Assembly (NCBI RefSeq): GCF_018977255.1 | Contig: NW_024704742.1 | Location: 98,396,001-98,460,000, forward strand | Source: Callorhinchus milii | Lineage: Eukaryota | Direction: 5' to 3' | Length of the DNA: 64,000 nucleotides | Part shown: positions 26,026 through 38,360 of the stretch, one piece after another | How positions within the stretch are numbered: the stretch's first letter is position 1 | Layout of the letters: every line of letters begins with the position of its first letter | Translations under genes and position numbers: made by a program | Notes under the pieces: generated by a model | The model's database searches: none | Told to the model about the DNA's origin: nothing | Seen by the model: the letters and a program-made list of their open reading frames with translations, nothing else

Positions 26026-26514
26026 GGACACTTAATGTGTATGGGGGGCAGGGGAAAGGTCCAAAAGGTGTAATTACACACTATTTTAAATCTTGCTGAA
26101 AGAATCAATTCTGCCTCTGAATAGGGTTGTGTGTTCTTGTCACAAGGTTTGAATGCTCCCTGAGCTATTTTCTCCAGTATTTTGTAAAGCATGTTAATTT
26201 AATGAGTGTTCAATAAGTGTATTTGTAATTAGCATGTGTTAATATTAGTTGTGTCCATCGTGGCAATCAATGGCACTAAAGTTTCTTTGAAATAATTTGC
26301 GACAGTTCAGATGGAGAAATAAAATGTTCCATACAGGATAATTTGCTTTGTCTTTGCACTTAGATGAAAAATGCAACCTGTGGTGTAAAATTGATATATA
26401 TCTGGAGAAAAGGGGTTGAGGAAAGTAATGAGACGGGTGAATGCAGTTAACAGGCAAAATGCTTGAGATGACTCTTTCATGTTCATAAAAAAATCTTGTT
26501 TTGTTGACAAGAAT

Positions 26515-27060
26515 GACAACAACAACTCACACGTCTATGCCTTCCGTACAAGGTAATGTCTAGAAGTGCTTTACAGAGACAGAGTAGGAACTCAAGAAAG
26601 ATGACAAATAATAAGAGTGGAGGAAGAAGGTGACTGAAGGTGTAAAGTGGTAGATTTTTATAAGAATTTGAAAACAGAAGGCAAGGGTATGAAGGTGGGA
26701 GATGTGCAGGAGAATTGCAGGGAACAGTGGTTGAAAGGACAGTAGCAATGGTGGGAAGGGAGGAGGAGGGAATGTGCAGCAGGCGCAAGTTAGCGGAGAG
26801 GAGGGAATGGGACTAGAGAAGTGTAGGTCAGGTGGGGCAAAGGCAGGTAGCCATTTGAAAGTCAGATTGAGAATCTTGAAATTGATCCATTAATGGAACC
26901 TGGTAAGGATGTGGCTGATGTGGAAAAGGCTATGGAGTTCTGGATCATCAAGACATTGCAAAGGATTGAAAGCGAGGAAAGCTTATGTGGAGAACATTAC
27001 AGAAATCAACTGTGGCAGTGAAAGAGTCGGGTGGCATTACAGAGGTGGAAAAACACTGGC
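26515..27060 (-). mobile_element. Old L2 3' fragment
   Basis: caacaacaac tail and purine-rich reverse L2 ORF2 sequence. Confidence 0.6.
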
Positions 27061-27784
27061 TTTTACATCTTATAATGTTAACATTTGAGTTGGAAAGATT
27101 GAAACTGTTATCGTAAAATTTTAATTTGTTCAGAACTTTGAAATTCTACAGCTCTTTTTAAGACTGCGGAAAACCAACCTCAAAGACTCCACTTAAAAAT
27201 TACCCCAAATTGTGCATGATGTTAAATTGTAAGGCTATTAAGATGATTGCTATGAGAAATGTCAAGCTGCAGATATCTCTGATTTAATTTGTTTCTCAGG
27301 TCTATGCCCTTCAGTGCCTTTGAGAACACCAACAATCCTAGTATTGCTCTTCCTCGATCAATTTCAGGGTCATTAGATTTCTGCATATTGATTTAGCAGG
27401 TGTTTTTTTTTCTTTTACCTGTTAACTATGAGGTACTCTTCCAGAACAGAAACTCATTCTTCTGTCCTTTTAATCCTGTTTCCCATTGAGCTAAGACACT
27501 GATTTGCAATCATAATAGTGTTCGTGCCTTCATCAATTCTGCTACTGAGTGCCTGAAGTGAAATTACAAATCAGATAGCAGCTAACAGGCTCTGGTTGGA
27601 TGTGGACACACAAACTTGTCCAGTGACTAACATTGTGTAACTTCACCAGAACTAACAAATGTAAAGAGAATATATTCACTAGGAGGTTAAAGACATGTTA
27701 AAAATTGATGTGTGTGTTTGTGTGTCAAAAATAATGGCCAAATTATTCAGTAATTTTTGTGACCAACTCAGTTCCCCCCCGGTT

Positions 27785-28225
27785 TGTCGGCCTGCTCAGT
27801 TGACAACACTTTTGCCTCTCAGTCAGAAGGTTGTCAGTTCCAGTCCCACATCAGGACTCGGAATTTATAAAGTCTAAAATGACACTCCAATGCATTGCTC
27901 GGGGTATGCTGCATTGTTGTAGGTGCTGCCCTTTGGGTGAAATCTTAAACAAAAGCTCCATTTACCTGTTCAATTGCCATTAAAGATCCCATCTTATTGA
28001 AAAAGAGAAGGGAGTTTCTCCTGAGGTCCTGGCCAACAACCCCCCCCAAAAAAAATTGGTCATTCACTCCATGGCTGTTTTGGACACATTTCTGTGTGCT
28101 AATTGCTAATTGTCTGCCTCAATTGCCCACACAACACACAGTTACTGCACTTTATACTGTGAGTACTTTGGGATGCCTTCCTGATGGGAAAAGGGTATAC
28201 CAAATGTAAGAATTATTATTATTAT
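27785..28225 (+). mobile_element. Deu-domain SINE (family B), full length
   Basis: gctcagttgacaacacttttgcctctcagtcagaaggttg head, Deu core, (att)n tail. Confidence 0.88.
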
Positions 28226-28395
28226 CGCTATAACATTCATTCAGAATCAGCAGATAGATCTCCAGCTTTTGTTAGAAGGATGTGAGCAAATTTGTCAAAG
28301 AGCCTTCTTCATCCAAACCAATTTTGTAATTTTGACTGAATTGGAAGTAACTTAGCAGTTAGTAGCACTAACTATTTTTGCTGTACCACTAGAGG

Positions 28396-28445
28396 GGTGT
28401 GTGTGTGTGTGTGTGGTTTGGGTGGTCGGGGGGTGGGGGGGGGTT
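28396..28445. repeat. (GT)n microsatellite followed by G-tracts
   Basis: gtgtgtgtgtgtgtgtgtggtttgggtggtcggggggtggggggggg. Confidence 0.9.
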
Positions 28446-29065
28446 GGAGAAGAGAAGGGTATTCTTCCAATGTCTAGTTTCACTTCAGTCTTGTTCATTT
28501 TGAGAAATACTACTTAGTAGCACAGTGCACTGAATGCTTATGTCTGATAGCACCACACTGTCAAAGTGCTCTTGGACACTATCCTGCATGAGGGGCGCTA
28601 TATAAATACAAATTGTTGTTGTTGTCAAAACCCTGCACAGTCTGTCTCCTTTTGGCTTCTTTTTAGTAGAATATAGTTATAAAACCTGTTTGATTGTTCC
28701 AGTATATGTGATACTGAGCATGAAAGAGACTTCCACAGGCTCAGAATGTAAAGCTTTTTACACTTATGTCATACTTACCAAGATCCAATTGTATCCCAGG
28801 GTACACAGATTAATGCTGCCTTAACGTTCCCACTGGCAATTTTATAATTACAGATTATTTGCTGTTTGAATGCATCTCTAATGCAATTAATAGCGGATGG
28901 ATTTGTGTATATGTGGTATATAACTCAAAATTATGCAAATTGTTAAATGTTTCCTCTAAGTTTTCAAAACTGAAAGTACGGCACTCTGACTCACACTTAG
29001 ATTGTTTCGGAGTGATTTGTGAATTGGTGTGACACACTTCTAGATTCATTCATTGAGGAATACTC

Positions 29066-29303
29066 GGAGAGAAAATTCACCGGGGTCCAGATTTACTCCA
29101 TTTATCTAGCATTTTGGAGCATCCAGAGTTTGGCAAATTGTTCAATTCAATCGTAACTTTGAAGTAAGTTTTCTGTAGTTCTTTAAGAACTCCCAGAAAA
29201 CCAGCTTCAAAATTAAGGCTCTATTTAGGAATTTGCATAATGCTTGACTCTCTGAAATGCTACATAAACAAAATAAATCTGGATCAAGGTGGAATTTTTC
29301 TCT
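29066..29303. mobile_element. Palindromic MITE-like element, copy 3
   Basis: agagaaaattcacc...ccagattta / taaatctgg...ggtggaatttttctct; centre agttctttaagaact. Confidence 0.8.
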
Positions 29304-30189
29304 AATTGGTTGAAATATCTAAGGCTCAATAAATGGGATTGTATTGCTCAAGTCATTTTTGTTTTACAAAATATCTGATAAATCTGCAAGTTACCCTTAT
29401 AAATTTGTATCCCTCCCATTCACTCTCTCTCATTCTCAAATACACACAGTCACACGTGCAAGTGCTTTGTTCTAATTTGTCCTCACTGAGCAGTTCCTAC
29501 AGATATCAACCTTGAGATTGGGAACTAAGTAAAGTATATAGGAGTCAAAGGAACGGCATCACATCCTACAAGTCTAGTGCAGAAAGTTTCTGCACCAATT
29601 TCCCAAGTTTCCATGTCACCCTAAATAGATATAGCTATCCAATCTGAATCTATCATTCATTGTGGTAAAAATACTAAACATAATAAAAAATATTTATTTG
29701 GATCATTTGTTCCATTTTCCTCTAGTCTAATACTCACAGATCCCCTAATTTGACTTTTGTTTAACTTTCAATTATCAATGCTTTCTGTTGCCTTCTATCT
29801 CCTAAAATAATTGGTCACAGCATTTAGGCTATTCATATCTTCTTTACACCTCATCACTCAGCCGCTGTAGTCGTTTACTTGCCAAATTCTGTCTTTTTTC
29901 TCAAGGGAATGTGCTTCCTCTTCTCATCCATTCATGTTATCTGAGCAAGTTAAATTTTTTTCCTGATCATTTTATATTGTAGTCTTGACTCCAACTAATC
30001 CCTTGAATGCTGTCAGTTCTGTGGAGATCCCTGTCCCTTGGGCCACTATCCTGTACATTTTCAGCTCACATATTGTGACATTGAAAAACTATTGATATTA
30101 CAGCAACAAAACTACTCAACAGTAGGATACCTTTATTACTGTAATATTATCCTAATTGCTAAAATAAAGTCACTTTTTCCTTTTATTGT

Positions 30190-30318
30190 TTTATTTCTTC
30201 CTTATTCTTCCTTGTCTCTTCATTTTTCTATGTTATTTCTTCCTTATTTTTCCTGTCTCATCATTTTTCGGTGTTATTTCTTCCTTATTCTTCCTTGTTT
30301 CATTATTTTTCTTTGTTT
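30190..30318. repeat. Minisatellite, about 3 copies of a ~42-bp pyrimidine-rich unit
   Basis: Unit approximately ttatttcttccttattcttccttgtctcatcatttttctgtg. Confidence 0.85.
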
Positions 30319-30374
30319 AAAATGTTGTCTTCATTGTTACCTTTTATTTATTCCACCACTTTTCTACCCAATCT

Positions 30375-30706
30375 ATAATAATAATAATCCTTGCATTTGA
30401 TACAGCACCTTATCACGTCTTCGAGACGTTTCAAAGCGCTTCACAGAATATGTACTGTAAAATGAATTGACTGTATTTTGTAGGTGAAACGTGGCAGTCA
30501 ATTGTGCACAGCCGTGTCCCACAAACAGTTGTGAATTAAAGTGACCAATTTGTTATTTTTTTAAGGAATTATTACCGCCGGAAAAGCTTGGTAAACAGAG
30601 GCATGTGGAGTAAGGAAACTTGCCCAACATTTGGCCCTGCCAGGCATCGAACCCAAATCTCTTGCTTGTGAGGCGAGTGCTCTAACCATTGAGCTACAGA
30701 ACTCCA
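30375..30706 (-). mobile_element. SINE family A with part of the extra internal segment
   Basis: Family A head and tail plus ccggaaaagcttggtaaacagaggcatg. Confidence 0.92.
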
Positions 30707-31149
30707 ATAACTTGCATTTATATAACTCCTTTTATGTAACAATAAATTTCTCAAAGCATTTTGCAGAATAGAACTGATCAGAAATTAAATTAATCTTGTT
30801 ATATAGGTTTCAGCTAATCTTTGCCAGCAATGTGAGATATACAGCAATGAGAGAATGAGCAGCTAAGTAAATCGAATGTGGGAATACAACTATATTGAGT
30901 GAGGAATATAAACCAGGTTAACCGAATGAAAGCCACCAGGTTTCTTTCAAATAGCAATAGCACAGCAATACCTTTAACGCCCATCTGAATCACAAGGTAG
31001 ACTAACCCAAATTCTAATGACACAATTAAAGAATGGGATGATTTCACTAAAATAATAAATAATAAAGTTATGTACAAAATAGGAGGTCATTGTTCAGGTA
31101 AACTGTTGCTAATCTGCACCAGCAACGTCCCACAAACAAGTGAAATTCA

Positions 31150-31526
31150 AATAATAATAATAATCCTTGCATTTAATATAGCGCCATATCATGTCTTCAA
31201 GATGTCTCAAAGCACTTCACAGAATATGCTGTAAAGTGAATTGACTGTATATTCTGTAGGCGAAAAGCGGCAGCCAATTGCGCACAGCAGTGTCCCACAA
31301 ACAGTTGTGGATTGAAGTGACCAGTTTATTATTATTTTTTTGAAGGAACTATTATCCCGGAAAAGCGATCCGCCAATCAACTAACAACCGGGTTCCTCCT
31401 TACTGCTAGATAAACAGGGGAGTGTGGAGTAAAGAAACTTGCCCAACATTTCGCCCTGCCGGGAATCAAACCCAGGTCACTTGCTTGCGAGGCGGGTGCT
31501 CTAACCATTGAGTTACAGGACTCCAC
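31150..31526 (-). mobile_element. SINE family A, long subfamily
   Basis: Family A plus an internal segment of about 65 bp shared with 38100-38165. Confidence 0.93.
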
Positions 31527-32414
31527 AAAAGGACTAACTTTATCCTCTCTTTCTACCAATTTCTAAATATAAATGTAGCTTGTTTTGCTTGCTCCCTGTT
31601 CTAATGTTCATTTTAAAGATGGGAGTAATTTTTAAAAAAAAGTGAATTTCAACAACCACAAAATAACTTCAATGGGGTAGAGTCTCGGAGATCTTCAAAC
31701 TTTCATTGAGTTAGAGCTAGCCTGACAGGTCGGCTTTGCAACCTTTGAAAAGGTAAAAGATCAGAGATAGACAGAGCACAAACATAAATGTGACTGTCAA
31801 ACTCTGAGGAATGTTTAAAAGTGCTTAATTGTGATATACAACAGTGACTGAAGCACATGTTACAAAGGATAAATATGTTAATACAGTTTAAAGACTTTAT
31901 TTAGTGCTCACTAGAATGCCTCTCTTAGCTCCAACATTTACTGTGTCAAAAGTCTTAGATTCACCAGGTCAACTTGGATTTTATCCGTTTCTCACTAATG
32001 TGAAACATATATATGAGGATAAAGGGTTCATTTAGATCTGACTTCTGACCCTAACTTCTGATTATATTAAATTGATATCAGTCACGTATTTCAAAGAAGA
32101 GTATAGGGCTAATCTCTTCTCAGTAAATTTACCAACCTTTGGTAGTAAGTGTCTACGTATTTTTTCTTTGCTGGTAAAATTACTGAGTTTTGATGGTGTT
32201 TTCTCATGACCATTATTAACGTAAATGTGCCAATAAGAGGTGACAACTCCCTAAATCTGATCCTTATTCCATTTGGTTCAGATACACTGAACTCTAAAAT
32301 GTAACCAATTGCTCCTACATTAGGGAACAGAAATCCCTTTCCCGTATTGCATCTATGGAGCTATCATACACTTAGATTTTAAGCTAGTTGCACACCAAAC
32401 TTTAGATGTCACAC

Positions 32415-32424
32415 TGGCTCAGTT

Positions 32425-32457
<33 letters not shown>

Positions 32458-32850
32458 AGGTTCAAGCCCCACATCAGGACTTTGAGCTCACATAATCTAG
32501 GTTTACTCTCGATTGATTTGCTGCAGGAGTTCCGTGTTGTTGGAGGTGCTGTACTTCAGATGAGATATTAAACTGAGGCTCTGTCTATATGTTCAATTGC
32601 CTGTTAAAGATCTCATGACACTATTTGAAAAAAGAAGGGAGTTTCTCCTGGTCTCCTAGTCTACATTCCCACAGATAAAATTGATCATTTATGTTTTGGC
32701 TGCTTGTGAGGTATTATTGTACTTAAATTGGTTACTTATATTCGCCTATGCATAAAGTCATTACACTTTACAGTAAATCCTATGACACCATATGACACCT
32801 TTTGATGCTGTGATAAGATACTGTACCAAGTGAATGAATTATAATTATTA
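32415..32850 (+). mobile_element. Deu-domain SINE (family B), full length
   Basis: tggctcagttggtagcactcttgcctctgagtcagaaggttataggttcaagccccac head and Deu core. Confidence 0.9.
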
Positions 32851-33619
32851 TAGATTTGCATCTAAAGAATGGTACAAATGGTTTGAATCAAAACATCCAA
32901 ATTTATTTTTCCTCATCTAAATTTCTGTTGTAGTGCTGAATAGTGTCTCTATTGAAAGATATATAAATAATATCCATCTTCAATGCACTGCTGTAATCTT
33001 TTGATGCACCATGCAGTAATAGGAGAATGTATATTGGTGCTCCAAGTGTTAAACATGGTGCATTACCTTTGTGCCTTGCTCCAGTTTTCCATCATCTTGT
33101 GGCTTAATGCCTTGAGTTTTTGTTGGCTTCCAGCAGAATTTACTGAGAATAGTTTGAGGCAGGAGTCAAACTGTGTGGAACAACTTGCAAGGAGCATCCA
33201 GAAAGGAATATGAGCAAAACCTCATTTATCACATGTAGAATAGGTTATGGTATAAGGATATAACTTGCCTTGGGTCCTCTCACAGTTAAATGAGTGCTGG
33301 ATAAGGGATGTGCTTTTGAAAATGCAATTACTGGCTCTCATACTATAATAATAATGAAAATTACTGCATAATCATATCATACATGAGAAATGCATTAATG
33401 CTTTTCCTCCCTAAAGCCAGTCTCTCCACTGAGTGAAAATACAAAAGAATTTTAAAATCTTTAGTAATTAATATGTACCGTGCACTGTTGTCATTCTCTT
33501 TAGAGCTGTTTAATGAAAGTGACCTCTGGTAAAAAATATGTATTTTGGGGTTTTTTTCTTTACAGATTTTTAAAAAAATGATTTTGAAGGCAAAAATGAT
33601 AATCCTTGGAAGTAATGAG

Positions 33620-34060
33620 ACTGGGTTGTGCAGAGGTTTACAGTTTGTAATATTTTCCCTTCTGGGACTTGGGTTGTCTATGTGCGGCTGATGAGATGAA
33701 AGACTTTTCTTTTTCAGGGCTATTATGTGAAAATGAGCTTGGCCATTTTTAACCCATGTCCCATATGGATGACGAGTCCACTAAACAAAACTGCTGATAA
33801 TTCGATCTTAATTGGCACTAACTGGGTAATCTCAGTCAGAGAGAGCCCGCAAGGAGGCTTGCTATTAGAAACAGAAATATGGTACCACCTTGGTGTAGGT
33901 ATGTGAGGTTGGGTTTAAGGTAGCTAACCTTCACGTTAAGCCTCATATAACACGAGCCAACTAATTCTAATGCTGCTAATCCTGACTACAAAAGTAAATC
34001 TTTCACTACACAGCTTGAGTATCCCTCAGTTTAATGCACTCAAAGTTCACAAATTAATAA
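33620..34060 (+). mobile_element. LF-SINE-like element, near full length, diverged
   Basis: tatgtgaaaatgagcttgg...gtccactaaacaaaac...taattggcactaactgggtaatctcagtcagagagagcc follows the remembered LF-SINE central domain. Confidence 0.6.
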
Positions 34061-35761
34061 TAATTTTCAGCTGCAGAGAAACAAAGTAATCAGAAATAAT
34101 AATATTAATGAATAATAATAAATGAGACCCAAGTCAGAAAAAAAACATGTTGTTTTCAAAATATATTGAAAATGTGATTGTGTGAAAGAAACAAAGAGGA
34201 AAAAGTCTCCAGAGAGAAAAGCACAGATCATCAATAAAATATAAATTATTTTGGCAATTTGACCAACAACAGATCAGATAAATTACATATTTTTAAAGGT
34301 GGTCTCCCCGCTTTAGCTAAAACAAAGCAAGTATTCTAAAGAACACACATTATACCCTACTTACTAAACTCAGTGAAATCTTACTTTTTAAAAAGTCACA
34401 TTTTTCTAAGGAATGTACAGCATGGGAAAAGACCATTGCATTCCATTGCATGCCGATCGCAAAGTCAAAAAATAAATAAGCCTACTCTACTTTATCTCTC
34501 ACAGTAGTACTCTTATTGTAATGTAGCCCCAAGTACATGAATAATTCACCAATCTGGCAATTTGTGAGTCAGTCACAAACTGTAGTGACACAGTGCCCGA
34601 AATATGATCCTTACTGAGCACGATGTCAGTGGCACATTGAGTATGATGGGGTCAAGTTAGCTGCTGTTGTTCCATAGTGCTGTGCTTAGAATGGTGCTCT
34701 AGCATGAACCACCAGTGAATTGTCATTTGTTGCAAATGATCCTGGCAGAGAGATTCTCCTGTATTATGCCCAGGGTTTGCTTTTAAATGACTAAAATAAT
34801 GATTTAAATGTCTCCTCTTTTGTGAAGGAATGCTCCTTTAATATTGGTTTCAATTCCAAATGTGTCCTTATTAAGATATAGGTTGGCGTGATCCAGCCCA
34901 TAATAAAAGAATCTACTTATCATTATGGTTATTTTTGCAGGAATTCTATTTTTGGCAGAAATTCTGCAAATTATTGAACTAAACCCAGCCTCACTGGATT
35001 ATTGCACAATGACTAAATATCAAATAAACCACTAATTAAGGGACTGGTTCGTTTCTTATTTGTTACATGTGTTACTTGCTGTAGGTCACATTGAGGTGGA
35101 GTTTAACGGCTCCTTGTTGTCACATGAGAACAAGAGGAAACTGCTCAGCTCATCAATCTTGCTCTTTCCACAAACCATGTGCAGTCCTTTCGTGGGCTCT
35201 GCACCATCTATTTAATAACTCATGTTAAAGTCATACATAAATACTTCATAACCCTTAGATAGAATACCAAACTAACCAACTTCATATCTCTGCTATTCAA
35301 TTCTGGATGACCACCCTACCCAGGTAACACTTCTCAGGTCACAGATCAGTGTTAATTGTGGAATATTTGAGCAATTTAGGCTATTCTGCCTATCACAACC
35401 ATCAATCCAAATCAGATATTGAACCGTCTTTATTTATAAAAACCTGCTTTTATTGGTATTCTGTATCACATATCCATTATTCAAAGGGAGAAAACTATCT
35501 TTTAATTTCTAATTTTGCCTGAGGTGTGTTCATTTTGAACCATGCTCTCCAATTCAATCCCCTGAGCTCAAGTTATTTTACATTGCCTATGATCCTCAGC
35601 ACTTTAAAGATCTGGATCATACATCACCTCAATTGCTTCTCCAATAAAAATAAGTTCAGCTCAGCACAACCTTTCTTTATAACTTAACAACACATTTTAT
35701 ATCATGGGTTTTCAAGTCATTTTTTTCTTATTCATTACAATACTATTATGTTATGTTATGC

Positions 35762-36570
35762 AAGTTATGTGGTTTTAACTGACTCCAGCAGTACTCCCAA
35801 CACAGCCTCTGGGGTCACCAAATCGTGGCTCTTGCCAACCTGAGTCTAATACTCCCTGGAATTAGCTAAGCAGGATGCATCCCTTCAACAACAACAACAA
35901 GATTCCATTTATAAAGCGCCTTTCACGTCAGGAGGACGTCCCAAGGCGCTGCACAGTTGGGTCAGGACCCAAGCAGGGGGGAAATGGTCAGGGGAGGGGA
36001 GGGAGCGAGGAGGGGGGAAATGGTCAGGGTGAGGGGAGGGAAGGGAGGGAGCGAGGAGGGGAAGAGAGTCGAGAGGGGAGCTGAAGGCTCGGTCAAAGAG
36101 AAAGGTTTTGAGACCGGCCTAGAAGGAGGAGAGGGAGGAAGCAAGGTGAAGGCACTGTGGGATGGAGTTCCAGAGCCTGGGGGCTGAGAGGCTGAAGGCC
36201 CGACCACCGATGGTAGGGCGATTGGGGCGGGGGACGTGGAGCAGACCAGAGCCAGAGGAACGGAGGGTACGGGCGGGTAGGTAGGGGGATAGTAGGTTGG
36301 AGAGGTAGGAGGGAGCAAGGCCGTGAATGGCCTTGTAGGTGAGGATGAGGATCTTGAAATCAATCCTCAGGGGGATGGGGAGCCAATGGAGGCGAGCGAG
36401 GGTGGGTGTGATGTGGTCCCGAAGCCTGGTGCGGGACAGTACACGAGAAAGTACAGGGAAAGAGTGTGGGTTCCATTCCAATAAATATCTCTGGAATTTC
36501 CATGTATAGATGGGATGCATAGAACTCTCAGTTTGGTTTGGATACTCTTAAGCGTGGTGATGGGTTTATT
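35762..36570 (+). repeat. Family X copy split by a young L2 insertion
   Basis: 35762-35886 and 36453-36570 join to match 19745-19985. Confidence 0.8.
35887..36452 (-). mobile_element. Young 5'-truncated L2 LINE
   Basis: RDHITPTLARLHWLPIPLRIDFKILILTYKAIHGLAPSYL...GGRAFSLSAPRLWNSIP; CpG-rich; one nonsense codon at 36119; (ttg)n tail. Confidence 0.96.
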
Positions 36571-37164
36571 AAGTAAATTATAAAAGTAAAGTTTCCTTAC
36601 ATTGGTATCGCATTTAACAGCACTTCATGTCCAAGCCCATTATGGGGTTTAATCATTTTGTTGGAATTTATTATCTGACCTCGCTGACTGCATTTATCAA
36701 TGTTTTATTACTGGTGATAATTATTACATCTGAAGTCACACTTTTCATGCTATGGTCAGTGAGGACTGATCAGACAATGAATAAGACCTTCCTCCTTTTA
36801 GTTGGCCTTTATAATATCTAGGACCCTCTTTTAAACCCTATTAGTGCAGGTCTTTAGATATAGTGACAAATCTGACGTACTTGCAAATACCACTACATAT
36901 GTAAACTATTATAATTTTTGGAGGGATTTGGACTTCACATCCCTCGTTTGATGAATTGCAGAACAACTGTTCTGTATCCAACTTGTTTTGGATTATTCTG
37001 CTCAGGCAAGTCAATGTCTACACAATTACAGGCCAAAGGTGAAGAGCTAGGAGAATAAAGTGCAGCAAGTGTACTGAAGCATTTCACATGTTGACAATGT
37101 TCCTTTTTCAAGCTTTAATTAGAAATGAGGCAAAATAATAATATAAACACCTTTTAATTTAATA

Positions 37165-37370
37165 AGTGAGTTTCTCCCAGTGTCCTGGCCAACAATCCAC
37201 CAAATAACATTGATCCACTTATGGTTGTTTGTGGGACATTGCCTTGGGCAAATTGACTGCTGGATTCCCCTACAAAATACATAGTCATTACACTATATAA
37301 TAAACCCTGCGAAACATATTGAGACTCCTCCCAACGTGAGATGTTGGGTCAAATGTAATGATCATCATTA
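37165..37370 (+). mobile_element. Deu-domain SINE 3' half
   Basis: gagtttctcccagtgtcctggccaacaatcc...tgtttgtgggacattgc. Confidence 0.8.
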
Positions 37371-38042
37371 ACTTTAAAAATGGATAAAATATAGTAATTG
37401 ATTTATACTAATGTTTTACAGGGCATGAGTACAGATTAGTAGGTATTTTATGTACTGAAAGTCATGATTGTAATCCCCTCCCCTTTTTAATAAAGAATAT
37501 TTAAAGGATTAACCAGTGCAAGGATATTCCTCAGGGTTAGTCACTGAATGTAGTGGTGTATAACTGCTGCAGCCAGCCTGCCATTCTAACATCTGAACGG
37601 TGACAACTCTAAGCTGTTTCGGAACCAGTACATTGTTGAGCAATTCATTGTGTTCAGTTAACTAAGCCTACCAACTTGTATACTGTAATGCAAAGATCTA
37701 ACCTTTCGTAGAGCATCAAATATGCTCTTAGTGCCTCATGCCCTTGGGTACGTCCTGTCTTCTGTTGTTTCAAAACATTGGTTAAGGGACTATGGAGACA
37801 ATTCTAGACATCAGTAGCGGATGTGTCCCTTCATGTTTCTCTACAACTCCTCCTTTCTGAAATGGTCCTGTGGAGGATTCTGCCACCAAGTTGACATCCT
37901 TCGCATGTGTTCTTTGAGTTGCCCCTTGGATGTTGTGTCAATGGTATCCATCTCTTTCTATTTCTCCATTGCTTGTTTGTCTTTAACCCTCCTCCTTAAA
38001 CTAAATGCTGGCATTTTCTTTTGAGGAATCATTCTATAATCT

Positions 38043-38360
38043 CCTGGGTTTGATTCCCGGCAGGGCAAAATGTTGGGCAAGTATCCTTGCTCCGCATGCC
38101 TCTGTTTACCAGCAGGAAGGAGGAACCCGGTTGTTAGCCGATTGGAGGATCGCTTTTCTGAGGGTAATAATTCCTTAAAAAAATAAATTGATCACTTCAA
38201 TCCATGACTGTTTGTGAGACACAGCTGTGCACAATTGGCTGCCGCGTTTCATCCACAAAATATACAATCAATTCACTTTGCAATATATTTTGTGAAGCGC
38301 TTTGAGATGTCTAGAAGACATGAAAAGCACTATATCAAATGCAAGGATTATTTATTATAA
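38043..38360 (+). mobile_element. SINE family A, long subfamily, head truncated
   Basis: Starts at B-box cctgggtttgattcccggcagggc; carries the extra internal segment. Confidence 0.92.

Noticed and set aside
35962..36520. Host protein-coding genes from the two 133-aa ORFs
   Set aside because: One is the L2 ORF2 C-terminus, the other an alternative frame of the same L2
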